The translations under genes and the position numbers were made by a program. Positions 43,331-51,651 of a stretch of DNA of 64,000 nucleotides are shown here, piece after piece. This stretch comes from an uncultured Halanaerobiales bacterium (lineage in GTDB: Bacteria; Bacillota; Halanaerobiia; Halanaerobiales; M55B127). Location: assembly GCA_964526845.1 (NCBI GenBank), contig CAZGMM010000001.1, positions 1,970 to 65,969 of the forward strand, read 5' to 3'. The first letter of the stretch is position 1; every line of letters begins with the position of its first letter. Under the pieces are notes generated by a model that worked only from the letters and a program-made list of their open reading frames with translations, was not told the origin of the DNA and did not search any database.

Positions 43331-44461
43331 TTGGTACAGGTTTTTATAGAATTTTTTAAAGGAACCGGGTTAATGGCTCTGGATATACCTCAGATAATTA
43401 TGATCATAATATCCTTAACCCTTTTATACCTTGGTATCGTAAAAAAATATGAACCCTTATTATTGGTACCGATAGCTTTTGGTATGCTTTTAGTGAATTT
43501 ACCGTTAACCAATTTGATGATTCATGCGGCAGACGGTAAACCGGCGGGACTATTTAGATATTTCTATATCGGAAATGCACTGGGCGTATTTCCACCCTTG
43601 ATCTTTATGGGGATCGGTGCGATGACGGATTTTGGACCTTTAATAGCTAACCCCAAAAGCCTATTATTGGGTGCAGCCGCTCAGTTTGGTATTTTCATAA
43701 CATTTTTAGGCGCCATTCTATTAGGGTTTACTGGACAACAGGCCGCACCGATTGGCATAATCGGCGGGGCTGATGGACCAACCGCAATTTATTTATCCGG
43801 GCAGTTAGCTCCCGAATATTTGGGTGCAATTGCAATTGCGGCCTATTCATATATGGCTTTAGTGCCGGTTATTCAACCACCGATAATAAAAGCATTAACC
43901 AGCAAAAAAGAAAGAAAAATAAAGATGCAGCAGTTAAGACCAGTTTCCAAAACAGAAAAAATATTATTCCCGATCCTGGTCACAATAGTAGTATTACTTT
44001 TACTACCAGATGCTGCTCCTTTAATTGGAATGTTGATGCTTGGTAATCTATTTAAAGAAAGCGGAGTTGTAGATCGCTTAAGTGAAACCGCACAAAATTC
44101 ATTAATAAATATAGTAACAATATTATTGGGAGTTGCCGTTGGTGCAAGTGCTTCAGCCGATAAATTTTTACAGGTAGACACAATCCAAATTTTAATTCTT
44201 GGAGTTGTAGCATTTTCCATAGGAACTACCACGGGAGTTATATTGGGTAAATTAATGAATAATTTCTCCTCCGATAAGATTAATCCTATGATCGGAGCTG
44301 CCGGTGTATCAGCTGTTCCGATGGCAGCTCGTGTAGTACAAAAGGAAGGTCAAAAAGCAGATTCATCTAACTTCCTTTTAATGCATGCCATGGGTCCTAA
44401 TGTAGCAGGAGTTATCGGTTCTGCCGTAGCTGCCGGTGTAATGATGTCAATCTTTGCTTAA
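43331..44461 (+). CDS. mmdB: Na+-translocating decarboxylase beta subunit (OadB/MmdB/GcdB family)
   Basis: 376 aa, polytopic membrane protein with GADGPTAIY and [15 protein letters not shown] blocks. TTG start follows AGGAGG. Confidence 0.9.
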   Translation: MVQVFIEFFKGTGLMALDIPQIIMIIISLTLLYLGIVKKYEPLLLVPIAFGMLLVNLPLTNLMIHAADGKPAGLFRYFYIGNALGVFPPLIFMGIGAMTDFGPLIANPKSLLLGAAAQFGIFITFLGAILLGFTGQQAAPIGIIGGADGPTAIYLSGQLAPEYLGAIAIAAYSYMALVPVIQPPIIKALTSKKERKIKMQQLRPVSKTEKILFPILVTIVVLLLLPDAAPLIGMLMLGNLFKESGVVDRLSETAQNSLINIVTILLGVAVGASASADKFLQVDTIQILILGVVAFSIGTTTGVILGKLMNNFSSDKINPMIGAAGVSAVPMAARVVQKEGQKADSSNFLLMHAMGPNVAGVIGSAVAAGVMMSIFA

Positions 44462-44691
44462 GATAATATACAAAATATATGCTAAATATTTATGTAATAT
44501 TACAAAGGATTTTGTGATAGATATCAAGAAATTTGTTAAATAGTGCTAAAAAACGAAGAACCCATAAATTTTTTGAGCAGGCAGAGAGGGGTGGTATTGG
44601 ATAAGAGAGTTTTAAAGGTCTCACCCGTAACTTTGATTAAAAACAAACAAACCTAAACTTACAAAATAAAAATTTCAAGGAGGAATTAATA

Positions 44692-45420
44692 ATGTATAAG
44701 GAAAGTCCAGTTGAAGTATCTCAGGAAGAAATTACTTTTAAGGTAGAGGAGTTAGAACCATTTTTAAGTGCACCTCAATTAGACATGGCCACACCAAAGC
44801 CCTGTAAAATTGAATTAAAAGACGGTTCAACCATGTTGATTAGAGAAGTAAAAGATGAAGAAATTCCAATGTTATTAGACTATGTAAAGAAATTCATGGA
44901 AAAAGGTGCAAAAGACTTTTATGATATCGTAGGTGCGAGAATTTATGCCGAGCTATTAGGATATTTAAGAAAACGTCTAAAAGATCCTTATCTCTTTGTA
45001 GGAGCTATTGACGGTGAAGTTGTAGGTTTTGCTAACGGCCGTGTTAGAGATGAAGATGTGAACATTTCACTCCACACCATGGCCTTCAAAAGAGGTTTAA
45101 GAATTGGTGCTACACTTTATTATAGAAAAATGGTATATGCTCTTGAAGAACAAGGTAATAAAGAAATGTGGTCAACTTTTGAAAGCTATAATGGCTTCAA
45201 ACGTTGGGGAGTAGGTATGGCTCAACCTTCTTATCCATTCCCAGAATACCAACATGAATTAGGTGGAGCAAGAGTATTCTATGTTGATCAACAGTACTGG
45301 CATGCTGCCGTTAAAGACTATGTAAAACAAATAGTAGGTAATGACCTATCATTCGATGTTTCAGATGAACTTCTCGAGAAAAATGAAAACTTAGTTATGC
45401 CAGAAGGAATTAACATCTAA
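44692..45420 (+). CDS. Hypothetical protein with a GNAT-like acyl-CoA N-acyltransferase core
   Basis: 242 aa; ...VGAIDGEVVGFANGRV...HTMAFKRGLRIGATLYYRKM... resembles GNAT motif A (R/Q-x-x-G-x-G/A). Strong RBS AAGGAGG. Confidence 0.5.
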   Translation: MYKESPVEVSQEEITFKVEELEPFLSAPQLDMATPKPCKIELKDGSTMLIREVKDEEIPMLLDYVKKFMEKGAKDFYDIVGARIYAELLGYLRKRLKDPYLFVGAIDGEVVGFANGRVRDEDVNISLHTMAFKRGLRIGATLYYRKMVYALEEQGNKEMWSTFESYNGFKRWGVGMAQPSYPFPEYQHELGGARVFYVDQQYWHAAVKDYVKQIVGNDLSFDVSDELLEKNENLVMPEGINI

Positions 45421-45446
45421 ACAGAATAAGGAATAACTTGTAAAAA

Positions 45447-45488
45447 AATCCCCACTCTGAGAGTATATTTTGGGGTGGGGATTCTTTA
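45447..45488 (+). terminator. Intercistronic hairpin (weak terminator or attenuator) between the GNAT-like gene and fdrA
   Basis: AATCCCCAC / GTGGGGATT stem with a poor T tract. Only ~18 nt remain before the fdrA RBS, so read-through is likely. Confidence 0.4.
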
Positions 45489-45506
45489 AAAAGGAGTTGT
45501 TAATAT

Positions 45507-47060
45507 ATGGCTAAAAAAGCTTTAGTTAAAGAAGGTACCTATTTTGACTCTGTTACTTTGATGTCAATTTCAAAAGATATTAAAGATTTGGATGGAGTTA
45601 ATGAGGCTACTATTGTAATGGGTACTGACGCTAACAAAGAAATACTAAATACAGCTGGTCTATTAGTACCAGAAGCAGAAGCTGCCAAGCCTAACGATCT
45701 GGTAATTGTAATAGATGGTGAAGAAGAAGTACTGGATAAAGCAATTGAAAAAACAAATGAAAGGCTAGCAGAACAAAAAGCTTCCTCTGATGAAGAAGAG
45801 GAATATAATCCTGGTTCTTTGGATGGAGCTTTAGATGCACAACCAGATTCTAACTTAGTAATCATATCAGTACCGGGAGAATATGCAGCCCGTGAAGCCA
45901 GAAAGGCTTTAAAAAGAGGTCTGCATGTCATGCTGTTTAGTGATAATGTACCGGTGGAAGATGAAATCGAACTCAAAAAAATGGCAACCGAAAAGAACCT
46001 TCTTTTAATGGGTCCGGACTGTGGTACCTCCATTATAAATGGAGCACCCTTAGCATTTGCTAATGTTGTCAGCAGAGGGCCTGTCGGTATTGTAGCCGCC
46101 TCTGGTACAGGTGCCCAGGCTGTTTCTTCACTTGTTGACAGACAGGGAGTTGGACTCACCCAGGTAATTGGAACTGGTGGACGCGACCTTAAATCAAAGG
46201 TTAAAGGTATTGAAATGATCAAGGATATGAAAGCTTTAGATAGAGATGAAAATACAGAAGTAATTGTATTAGTTTCTAAACCACCGGCTAAAGAAGTATC
46301 TGAAAAGATCATGGATGAAGTTAAGAAGCTTTCCAAACCTGTAATTGTAAACTTCTTAGGCGGAGATCCCGCAGTTGTAGAAGGAACCGATGCTATGTGG
46401 GCAGACACTTTAGAAGATGCTGCCCTGAAAGCAGCCGCCTTTATCAAAGGTGAAGAAGAAGTTTCAGCTGCCGGTTTAACTGAAGAAGAAGTTGCAGAGA
46501 TTGCAGCAGAAGAAACTGCTAAAATGAGTGACGAACAGAAATATCTAAGAGGTCTTTATACAGGTGGTACTTTATGTAGTGAAGCCGTTATTCTCTTAAC
46601 TGAAAAATACGGAGATATGTACTCTAATATACCATTAAAAGATGAATTAGCCTTAAAAGAGGACCTTAAGAGTATTGAAAATACAGTTATTGACCTTGGG
46701 GAAGATGAGTTTACGAGAGGTAAACCTCATCCGATGATTGAACCTTCCTTAAGAAACGATAGATTGGTAAAAGAAGCTGAAGATAAAGAGATTGCTGTTG
46801 TACTTCTCGATGTTGTTTTAGGTTATGGTTCACACATGGACCCGGCGGGAGAAGTTGCAAAGGCAATTAAAGAAGCAAAAGAAAAGGTCGCTGAACGCAG
46901 CGGTTATCTATCAGTTATCGCTTCTGTATGCGGTACTGAAAAAGATCCTCAAAATCTTCAGGCACAGGAAGAAAAATTACGTCAGGTTGGAGCTAAAGTA
47001 CTCCCCACAAATGTTCAGGCTGTGCGCGTAGTAAGTAAAATTTTAAGTGATCTAAATTAA
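45507..47060 (+). CDS. fdrA: FdrA-family protein (succinyl-CoA-synthetase-alpha-like, CoA-binding)
   Basis: 517 aa; YFDSVTLMSIS, MLFSDNVPVEDEIELK, LLMGPDCGTSIINGAPLAFAN, VSKPPA, and GLYTGGTLCSEA...FTRGKPHPMIEP match E. coli FdrA as I recall it. Confidence 0.88.
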   Translation: MAKKALVKEGTYFDSVTLMSISKDIKDLDGVNEATIVMGTDANKEILNTAGLLVPEAEAAKPNDLVIVIDGEEEVLDKAIEKTNERLAEQKASSDEEEEYNPGSLDGALDAQPDSNLVIISVPGEYAAREARKALKRGLHVMLFSDNVPVEDEIELKKMATEKNLLLMGPDCGTSIINGAPLAFANVVSRGPVGIVAASGTGAQAVSSLVDRQGVGLTQVIGTGGRDLKSKVKGIEMIKDMKALDRDENTEVIVLVSKPPAKEVSEKIMDEVKKLSKPVIVNFLGGDPAVVEGTDAMWADTLEDAALKAAAFIKGEEEVSAAGLTEEEVAEIAAEETAKMSDEQKYLRGLYTGGTLCSEAVILLTEKYGDMYSNIPLKDELALKEDLKSIENTVIDLGEDEFTRGKPHPMIEPSLRNDRLVKEAEDKEIAVVLLDVVLGYGSHMDPAGEVAKAIKEAKEKVAERSGYLSVIASVCGTEKDPQNLQAQEEKLRQVGAKVLPTNVQAVRVVSKILSDLN

Positions 47061-47074
47061 GGGGGAGAGATAAT

Positions 47075-48499
47075 ATGACTAAGAAACTAGAAGATCTATT
47101 TAAAGAAGATTTAAAAGTAATAAATATTGGTCTAGAATCTTTTGCCGAAAACTTAAAAGATGAAGGATATGATGCAGTCCAGGTCGATTGGAGACCACCC
47201 GCAGGTGGAGACAAAGAAATGGCTGCCTTATTAGATGAAATAGAAAAATTAAGTGATAAGATCGAGAAAGCTAATCAAGAAGCTGTGGAAAGAATACAAA
47301 AGAGTGAACCAGTGGTGGTAGATGTTCAGACCGCCAGAGATGTTCTACCTAATTTCGAAGATAAAATGATTCTTCATGCTGCTCCTCCCGAAAAATGGGA
47401 AGACATGTCCGGACCGATGCAGGGTGCTGCAATTGGGGCCTGTATCTATGAAGGCTGGGCAGACGATGAAGAATCTGCCAGAACGATGCTGGATGCGGGA
47501 GAAGTAACATTTGATCCGGCTCACCATCATAATGCTGTAGGACCTATGACAGGTATTGTATCACCATCGATGCCGGTCTGGGTTGTTGAAAATAAGACCT
47601 ATGGTAATACAGCTTATACAACCTTAAATGAAGGTCTTGGCAAAGTTTTAAGATTTGGTGCAAATGGACCAGAAGTAATCGAAAAGTTAAAATGGATGGA
47701 AAAAACATTAGGTCCTGCTTTAGGTGAAGCATTACGTCAAACTGAAGAAGGTATTAACTTAAAGAATATCACTTCCCAGGCTTTACACATGGGAGATGAA
47801 GTTCATAATAGAAATAAAGCGGCCACTTCTTTATTTATCAGAGAAATTACACCTTACCTCTTACAAACCAGTTATGATAATGATACAATAAAAGAAATAA
47901 TTAAATTTATGGGTGGCAACGAACACTTCTATCTCAACTTATCCATGCCTGCTTCCAAAGCGACCATGGATGCTGCTCACGGAATTGAATACAGTACAGT
48001 ACTCACCGCAATGGCTAGAAATGGTGTTCACTTCGGCATCAGAGTAAGCGGCTTAGGTGATGAATGGTTCGTAGGGGAAGCTCAAAAAGTTGACGGACTT
48101 TACTTCCCGGGTTATACTGAAGAAGATGCCTGCCGTGACTTAGGTGACAGTACAATTTCCGAAACTGCTGCGGTTGGTGGTTTTGCAATGGCTGCTGCCC
48201 CAGCTATAGTAGGATTTGTGGGAGGTACTGTTTCCGATTCAATTAGATTTACAAAAGATATGTATGAAATTACAATCGATGAAAATGAAAACTTCACAAT
48301 TCCACCTCTTAACTTTAGAGGTACACCGACTGGTATTGATTTACTCAAGATAATTGAAACTGGTATTTTACCAGCAATTAATACCGGTATTGCTCATAAA
48401 GAACCCGGAATTGGACAGATTGGAGCAGGCTTAGTAGATCCTCCCGAAGCGTGCTTTAGAAAGGCAATTAGGGCTTTTGCCCAAAAATATACTAAATAA
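47075..48499 (+). CDS. ylbE: DUF1116 protein (E. coli YlbE-like) with an N-terminal extension
   Basis: 474 aa; LHAAPP..W.DMSGPMQGA, HHNAVGPM, LNEGLGKVLRFGA, FYLNLSM and NTGIAHKEPGIGQIGAG match YlbE blocks. Confidence 0.85.
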   Translation: MTKKLEDLFKEDLKVINIGLESFAENLKDEGYDAVQVDWRPPAGGDKEMAALLDEIEKLSDKIEKANQEAVERIQKSEPVVVDVQTARDVLPNFEDKMILHAAPPEKWEDMSGPMQGAAIGACIYEGWADDEESARTMLDAGEVTFDPAHHHNAVGPMTGIVSPSMPVWVVENKTYGNTAYTTLNEGLGKVLRFGANGPEVIEKLKWMEKTLGPALGEALRQTEEGINLKNITSQALHMGDEVHNRNKAATSLFIREITPYLLQTSYDNDTIKEIIKFMGGNEHFYLNLSMPASKATMDAAHGIEYSTVLTAMARNGVHFGIRVSGLGDEWFVGEAQKVDGLYFPGYTEEDACRDLGDSTISETAAVGGFAMAAAPAIVGFVGGTVSDSIRFTKDMYEITIDENENFTIPPLNFRGTPTGIDLLKIIETGILPAINTGIAHKEPGIGQIGAGLVDPPEACFRKAIRAFAQKYTK

Positions 48500-48514
48500 A
48501 AAGGAGAGATTTTA

Positions 48515-49273
48515 ATGAAATTATATGATTTAACTCAAAAGATAGGTGTTTCTACCCCACCATGGCCTACTTATGAACCTCTGGAACTGAAATATTTCAA
48601 GCGTCTTTCAACTGAAAGAGTAAATGGTCAGATTATTAAAACTAGTAATCACATAGGTACTCACTTAGATGGTGAAAGACACTTCTGGACAGCTGGTAGA
48701 GACATGGCTAGTATTCCTCTCGAAGATCTATTTGGAGACGGAGTTATCGTTGATTTAAGCGATGCAGTAGAAGACTATGATATCTATACATCAGAAATGA
48801 TTGAAGAAAGAGTAGACGTAAAAGAGGGCGACATCCTCATTATCAATACTGGTTACCACAAATATGGATGGGACCAGCCAGAAGCTGATGAAGAAAGATA
48901 CTTCATGAAACATCCTGGTCCAAATATGGAATTTGCTTATTGGGCCATGGAGAAAAAGCTAAAATGGATCGGTGTTGACTGTGGTTCTGCTGATCACCCA
49001 ATGAATACAGTTTGTAAAAAGTTAAGACCTGATCTTGCAAAAGAAGCAGAAGAACACCTGGGCGCACCATTAGATGAAGTATTTTCACACCCAGAAAGCA
49101 GACAGCTAATGCACACTAAGTTATTCCCAGAAGGAATTATCCACGCAGAAAATATTGGCGGCGAAATCGATAAGCTGCTCAACAAGAGATGTAAAATCGG
49201 ATTCTTCCCCTGGAAAGGTGTTGACTTAGAGTCCAGTATTGGACGAGCTGTTGCTTTTGTAGAAGAAGAGTAA
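48515..49273 (+). CDS. Cyclase-family metal-dependent amidohydrolase (kynurenine formamidase / isatin hydrolase-like fold)
   Basis: 252 aa with the family signature HIGTHLDGERH (HxGTHxDxxxH). Confidence 0.75.
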   Translation: MKLYDLTQKIGVSTPPWPTYEPLELKYFKRLSTERVNGQIIKTSNHIGTHLDGERHFWTAGRDMASIPLEDLFGDGVIVDLSDAVEDYDIYTSEMIEERVDVKEGDILIINTGYHKYGWDQPEADEERYFMKHPGPNMEFAYWAMEKKLKWIGVDCGSADHPMNTVCKKLRPDLAKEAEEHLGAPLDEVFSHPESRQLMHTKLFPEGIIHAENIGGEIDKLLNKRCKIGFFPWKGVDLESSIGRAVAFVEEE

Positions 49274-49289
49274 ATATAAATAATAGGAT

Positions 49290-49327
49290 GGAATCCTGCT
49301 TACCGCAGGGTTCCTTTCTTTACTTTT
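49290..49327 (+). terminator. Hairpin / terminator after the cyclase-family gene
   Basis: GGAATCCTGC / GCAGGGTTCC stem (one G-U pair) followed by TTTCTTTACTTTT. Confidence 0.55.
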
Positions 49328-49356
49328 AAATAAATACAATATATGGAGGTATATTA

Positions 49357-50289
49357 ATGAAATTAACTATCGCATTAGGTGGAAATGCAATATTACAACC
49401 AGGCCAGGACGGAACTGCTGAAGAGCAGTTTACCAATGTTTTATCTACAAGTGAACAAATCGGTCAACTGGTAAATGATGGACACGAAGTAGTTATAACA
49501 CATGGTAATGGCCCCCAAGTAGGTAATATCTTAATTCAACAGGATAAAGCAAGAGAATCTGTCCCAGCGATGCCTCTTGATGTTTGTGGTTCACAGACAC
49601 AAGGTTTTATTGGCTATATGTTACAGAACAGCTTGCATAATGTTTTTGCTGAATTAGGTTTAGATCGCAATGTAGCAACAGTTGTTACTCAGGTATTAGT
49701 TGATAAAGAAGATAGTGCTTTTGATAATCCTACAAAACCGGTAGGACCATTTTATGATAAAGAACATGCTGATCAGATGATGGAAGAAAAAGGCGAAAAT
49801 TGGATAGAAGATAGTGGCAGAGGCTGGAGGAAAGTTGTACCTTCCCCTATCCCAGAAAAAATTATAGAAGCTCCCGTAATTAACGATCTAGTAAGAAATG
49901 GAGAAATAGTAATTGCCTCTGGAGGTGGCGGAATTCCAGTTGTAGAAGAAGACAATAAAATTCATGGTGTAGAAGCAGTAATCGATAAAGATAGGGCCGG
50001 CTGTCTTTTAGCCGAAGAAATAGATTCTGACATTTTCTTGGTATTAACTGATGTTTCTAACGCATATATTAATTATGGCGAAGAAGATGAAGAAGCTATT
50101 GGAGAAATTAGTGTTGAAGATATGGAAGAGCATATTGAGAAAGGTCATTTTGGCGAAGGTAGTATGAAGCCAAAAGTACAGGCTGCTGTAGACTTCGTTG
50201 AAAACGGTGGAGACATGGCCATCATAACTTCTATAGAAAAGGTAATAGAAGCTGTGCACGGTGATGCAGGTACAAGAATTACCAAATAG
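49357..50289 (+). CDS. arcC: Carbamate kinase
   Basis: 310 aa; ALGGNA N-terminus, THGNGPQVG, IASGGGGIPV. Confidence 0.93.
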   Translation: MKLTIALGGNAILQPGQDGTAEEQFTNVLSTSEQIGQLVNDGHEVVITHGNGPQVGNILIQQDKARESVPAMPLDVCGSQTQGFIGYMLQNSLHNVFAELGLDRNVATVVTQVLVDKEDSAFDNPTKPVGPFYDKEHADQMMEEKGENWIEDSGRGWRKVVPSPIPEKIIEAPVINDLVRNGEIVIASGGGGIPVVEEDNKIHGVEAVIDKDRAGCLLAEEIDSDIFLVLTDVSNAYINYGEEDEEAIGEISVEDMEEHIEKGHFGEGSMKPKVQAAVDFVENGGDMAIITSIEKVIEAVHGDAGTRITK

Positions 50290-50320
50290 TTTGAGATAAC
50301 GATGGAGGTGAACTATATTA

Positions 50321-51178
50321 ATGATGCTTAGTAAATTTGAGTATTTCAAGCCTAATAGCTTGGAAGAAGTATTTGAATTATTGGACACACAAGAAGGCGA
50401 ATACGCCTTATTAGCCGGCGGAACAGACTTATTTGTAGACATGAAACATAAAACTAGAAAACCTGATTATATTATTGATGTTAAAGGTATTGATGAGTTT
50501 AATAAAATTGAAGATAGAGATGATGAAGTGTTTATAGGCGGAACCATAACCTGTAATGAAATTATTGACAGTGAACTGATGAATGAAAACTTCAAAGTAC
50601 TAGTAGATGCTGCTTCCGAAGTAGCCGCTCATCAGGTTCGTAATAGAGCAACAGTTGTAGGAAACTTATGTACCACTTCACCCGGTGCTGATATGTTCCC
50701 ACCTTTATTAGTTCTTAACACAAAAGTTATAGTGGAAAGTAAAGAGGGGAGCAGAGAGATTCCTTTAGATCAATTTGCGACCGGAGTAAAACAAAATGCT
50801 TTACAAGATAAAGAAGTTGTGAAAGGCCTATTAGTAAAGAAACATGCTGCAGATGGAAGAGGAGCCTATATTAAGAAAAGAAGGACAAAAGGTCCGGACT
50901 TAAGTGCTGTAGGTGTAGCAGGATTTTTATCAGAAGAAGAAGGTTATCTTGCTTTTGCACTAGGTGCAGTTGCTCCAACTCCAATCTATCTCGATGTTAG
51001 TGATACATTCTTTAGTGATGGTTCTTTTGAAGAAAAACAGGATAAAATATTAGATACTATTTTAGAAAATATTAATCCTATCGATGATGTAAGAAGTACA
51101 AAAGAGTATAGAAAGAAGATGTCTCAAGTATATGCCAGAAGAATTCTTTCCAGATTATGGGAAGCAGGTGATAAATAA
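50321..51178 (+). CDS. Molybdenum hydroxylase FAD-binding (medium) subunit
   Basis: 285 aa of CoxM/XdhB type; LLAGGTDL motif. Confidence 0.88.
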   Translation: MMLSKFEYFKPNSLEEVFELLDTQEGEYALLAGGTDLFVDMKHKTRKPDYIIDVKGIDEFNKIEDRDDEVFIGGTITCNEIIDSELMNENFKVLVDAASEVAAHQVRNRATVVGNLCTTSPGADMFPPLLVLNTKVIVESKEGSREIPLDQFATGVKQNALQDKEVVKGLLVKKHAADGRGAYIKKRRTKGPDLSAVGVAGFLSEEEGYLAFALGAVAPTPIYLDVSDTFFSDGSFEEKQDKILDTILENINPIDDVRSTKEYRKKMSQVYARRILSRLWEAGDK

Positions 51179-51651
51179 TGAAAACCATTAATTTAACAGT
51201 TAACGGTAGAAATTTTGAATTAGAAGTACAGGACAATGAAATACTTCTCGATACCTTAAGAAAGCAGCTTAACTTCACTGGTGCAAAAGAAGGCTGTGGA
51301 GAAGGCGAATGTGGTGCTTGTACCGTCATTATGGACGGAGAAGCAGTAACAAGCTGTCTCATTTTGTCGGTAGAAGCAGACGGATCTGAAATAGAAACAA
51401 TTGAAGGACAATCAATAGGTGAAGACATTAGTGATATCCAGGAAGCATTTATCGAAGAAAATGCTATCCAATGTGGTTTTTGTACTCCTGGTATGGTAAT
51501 GTCTGCAAAAGCCTTACTAGATAGAAATCCAAATCCAACCGATGAAGAAATCGATATAGCTCTCTCAGGTAATATCTGCCGCTGTACAGGATATTATTCA
51601 ATTAGAGAAGCAGTAAAACGTGCAGCTGAAAAGAGGGGAGGTAACAAATAG
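51178..51651 (+). CDS. Molybdenum hydroxylase [2Fe-2S] (small) subunit
   Basis: GCGEGECGACTV, QCGFCTPG and CRCTGY motifs. Its start overlaps the upstream stop. Confidence 0.93.
   Translation: MKTINLTVNGRNFELEVQDNEILLDTLRKQLNFTGAKEGCGEGECGACTVIMDGEAVTSCLILSVEADGSEIETIEGQSIGEDISDIQEAFIEENAIQCGFCTPGMVMSAKALLDRNPNPTDEEIDIALSGNICRCTGYYSIREAVKRAAEKRGGNK

Noticed and set aside
45539-46447. A 302-aa antisense ORF, Ser/Ala/Thr-rich, opposite fdrA.
   Set aside because: It lies entirely inside a well-supported + strand gene. It has low-complexity composition, no RBS and no recognisable motif. Mirror ORFs of this kind are typical opposite GAA/GCT-rich coding sequence.
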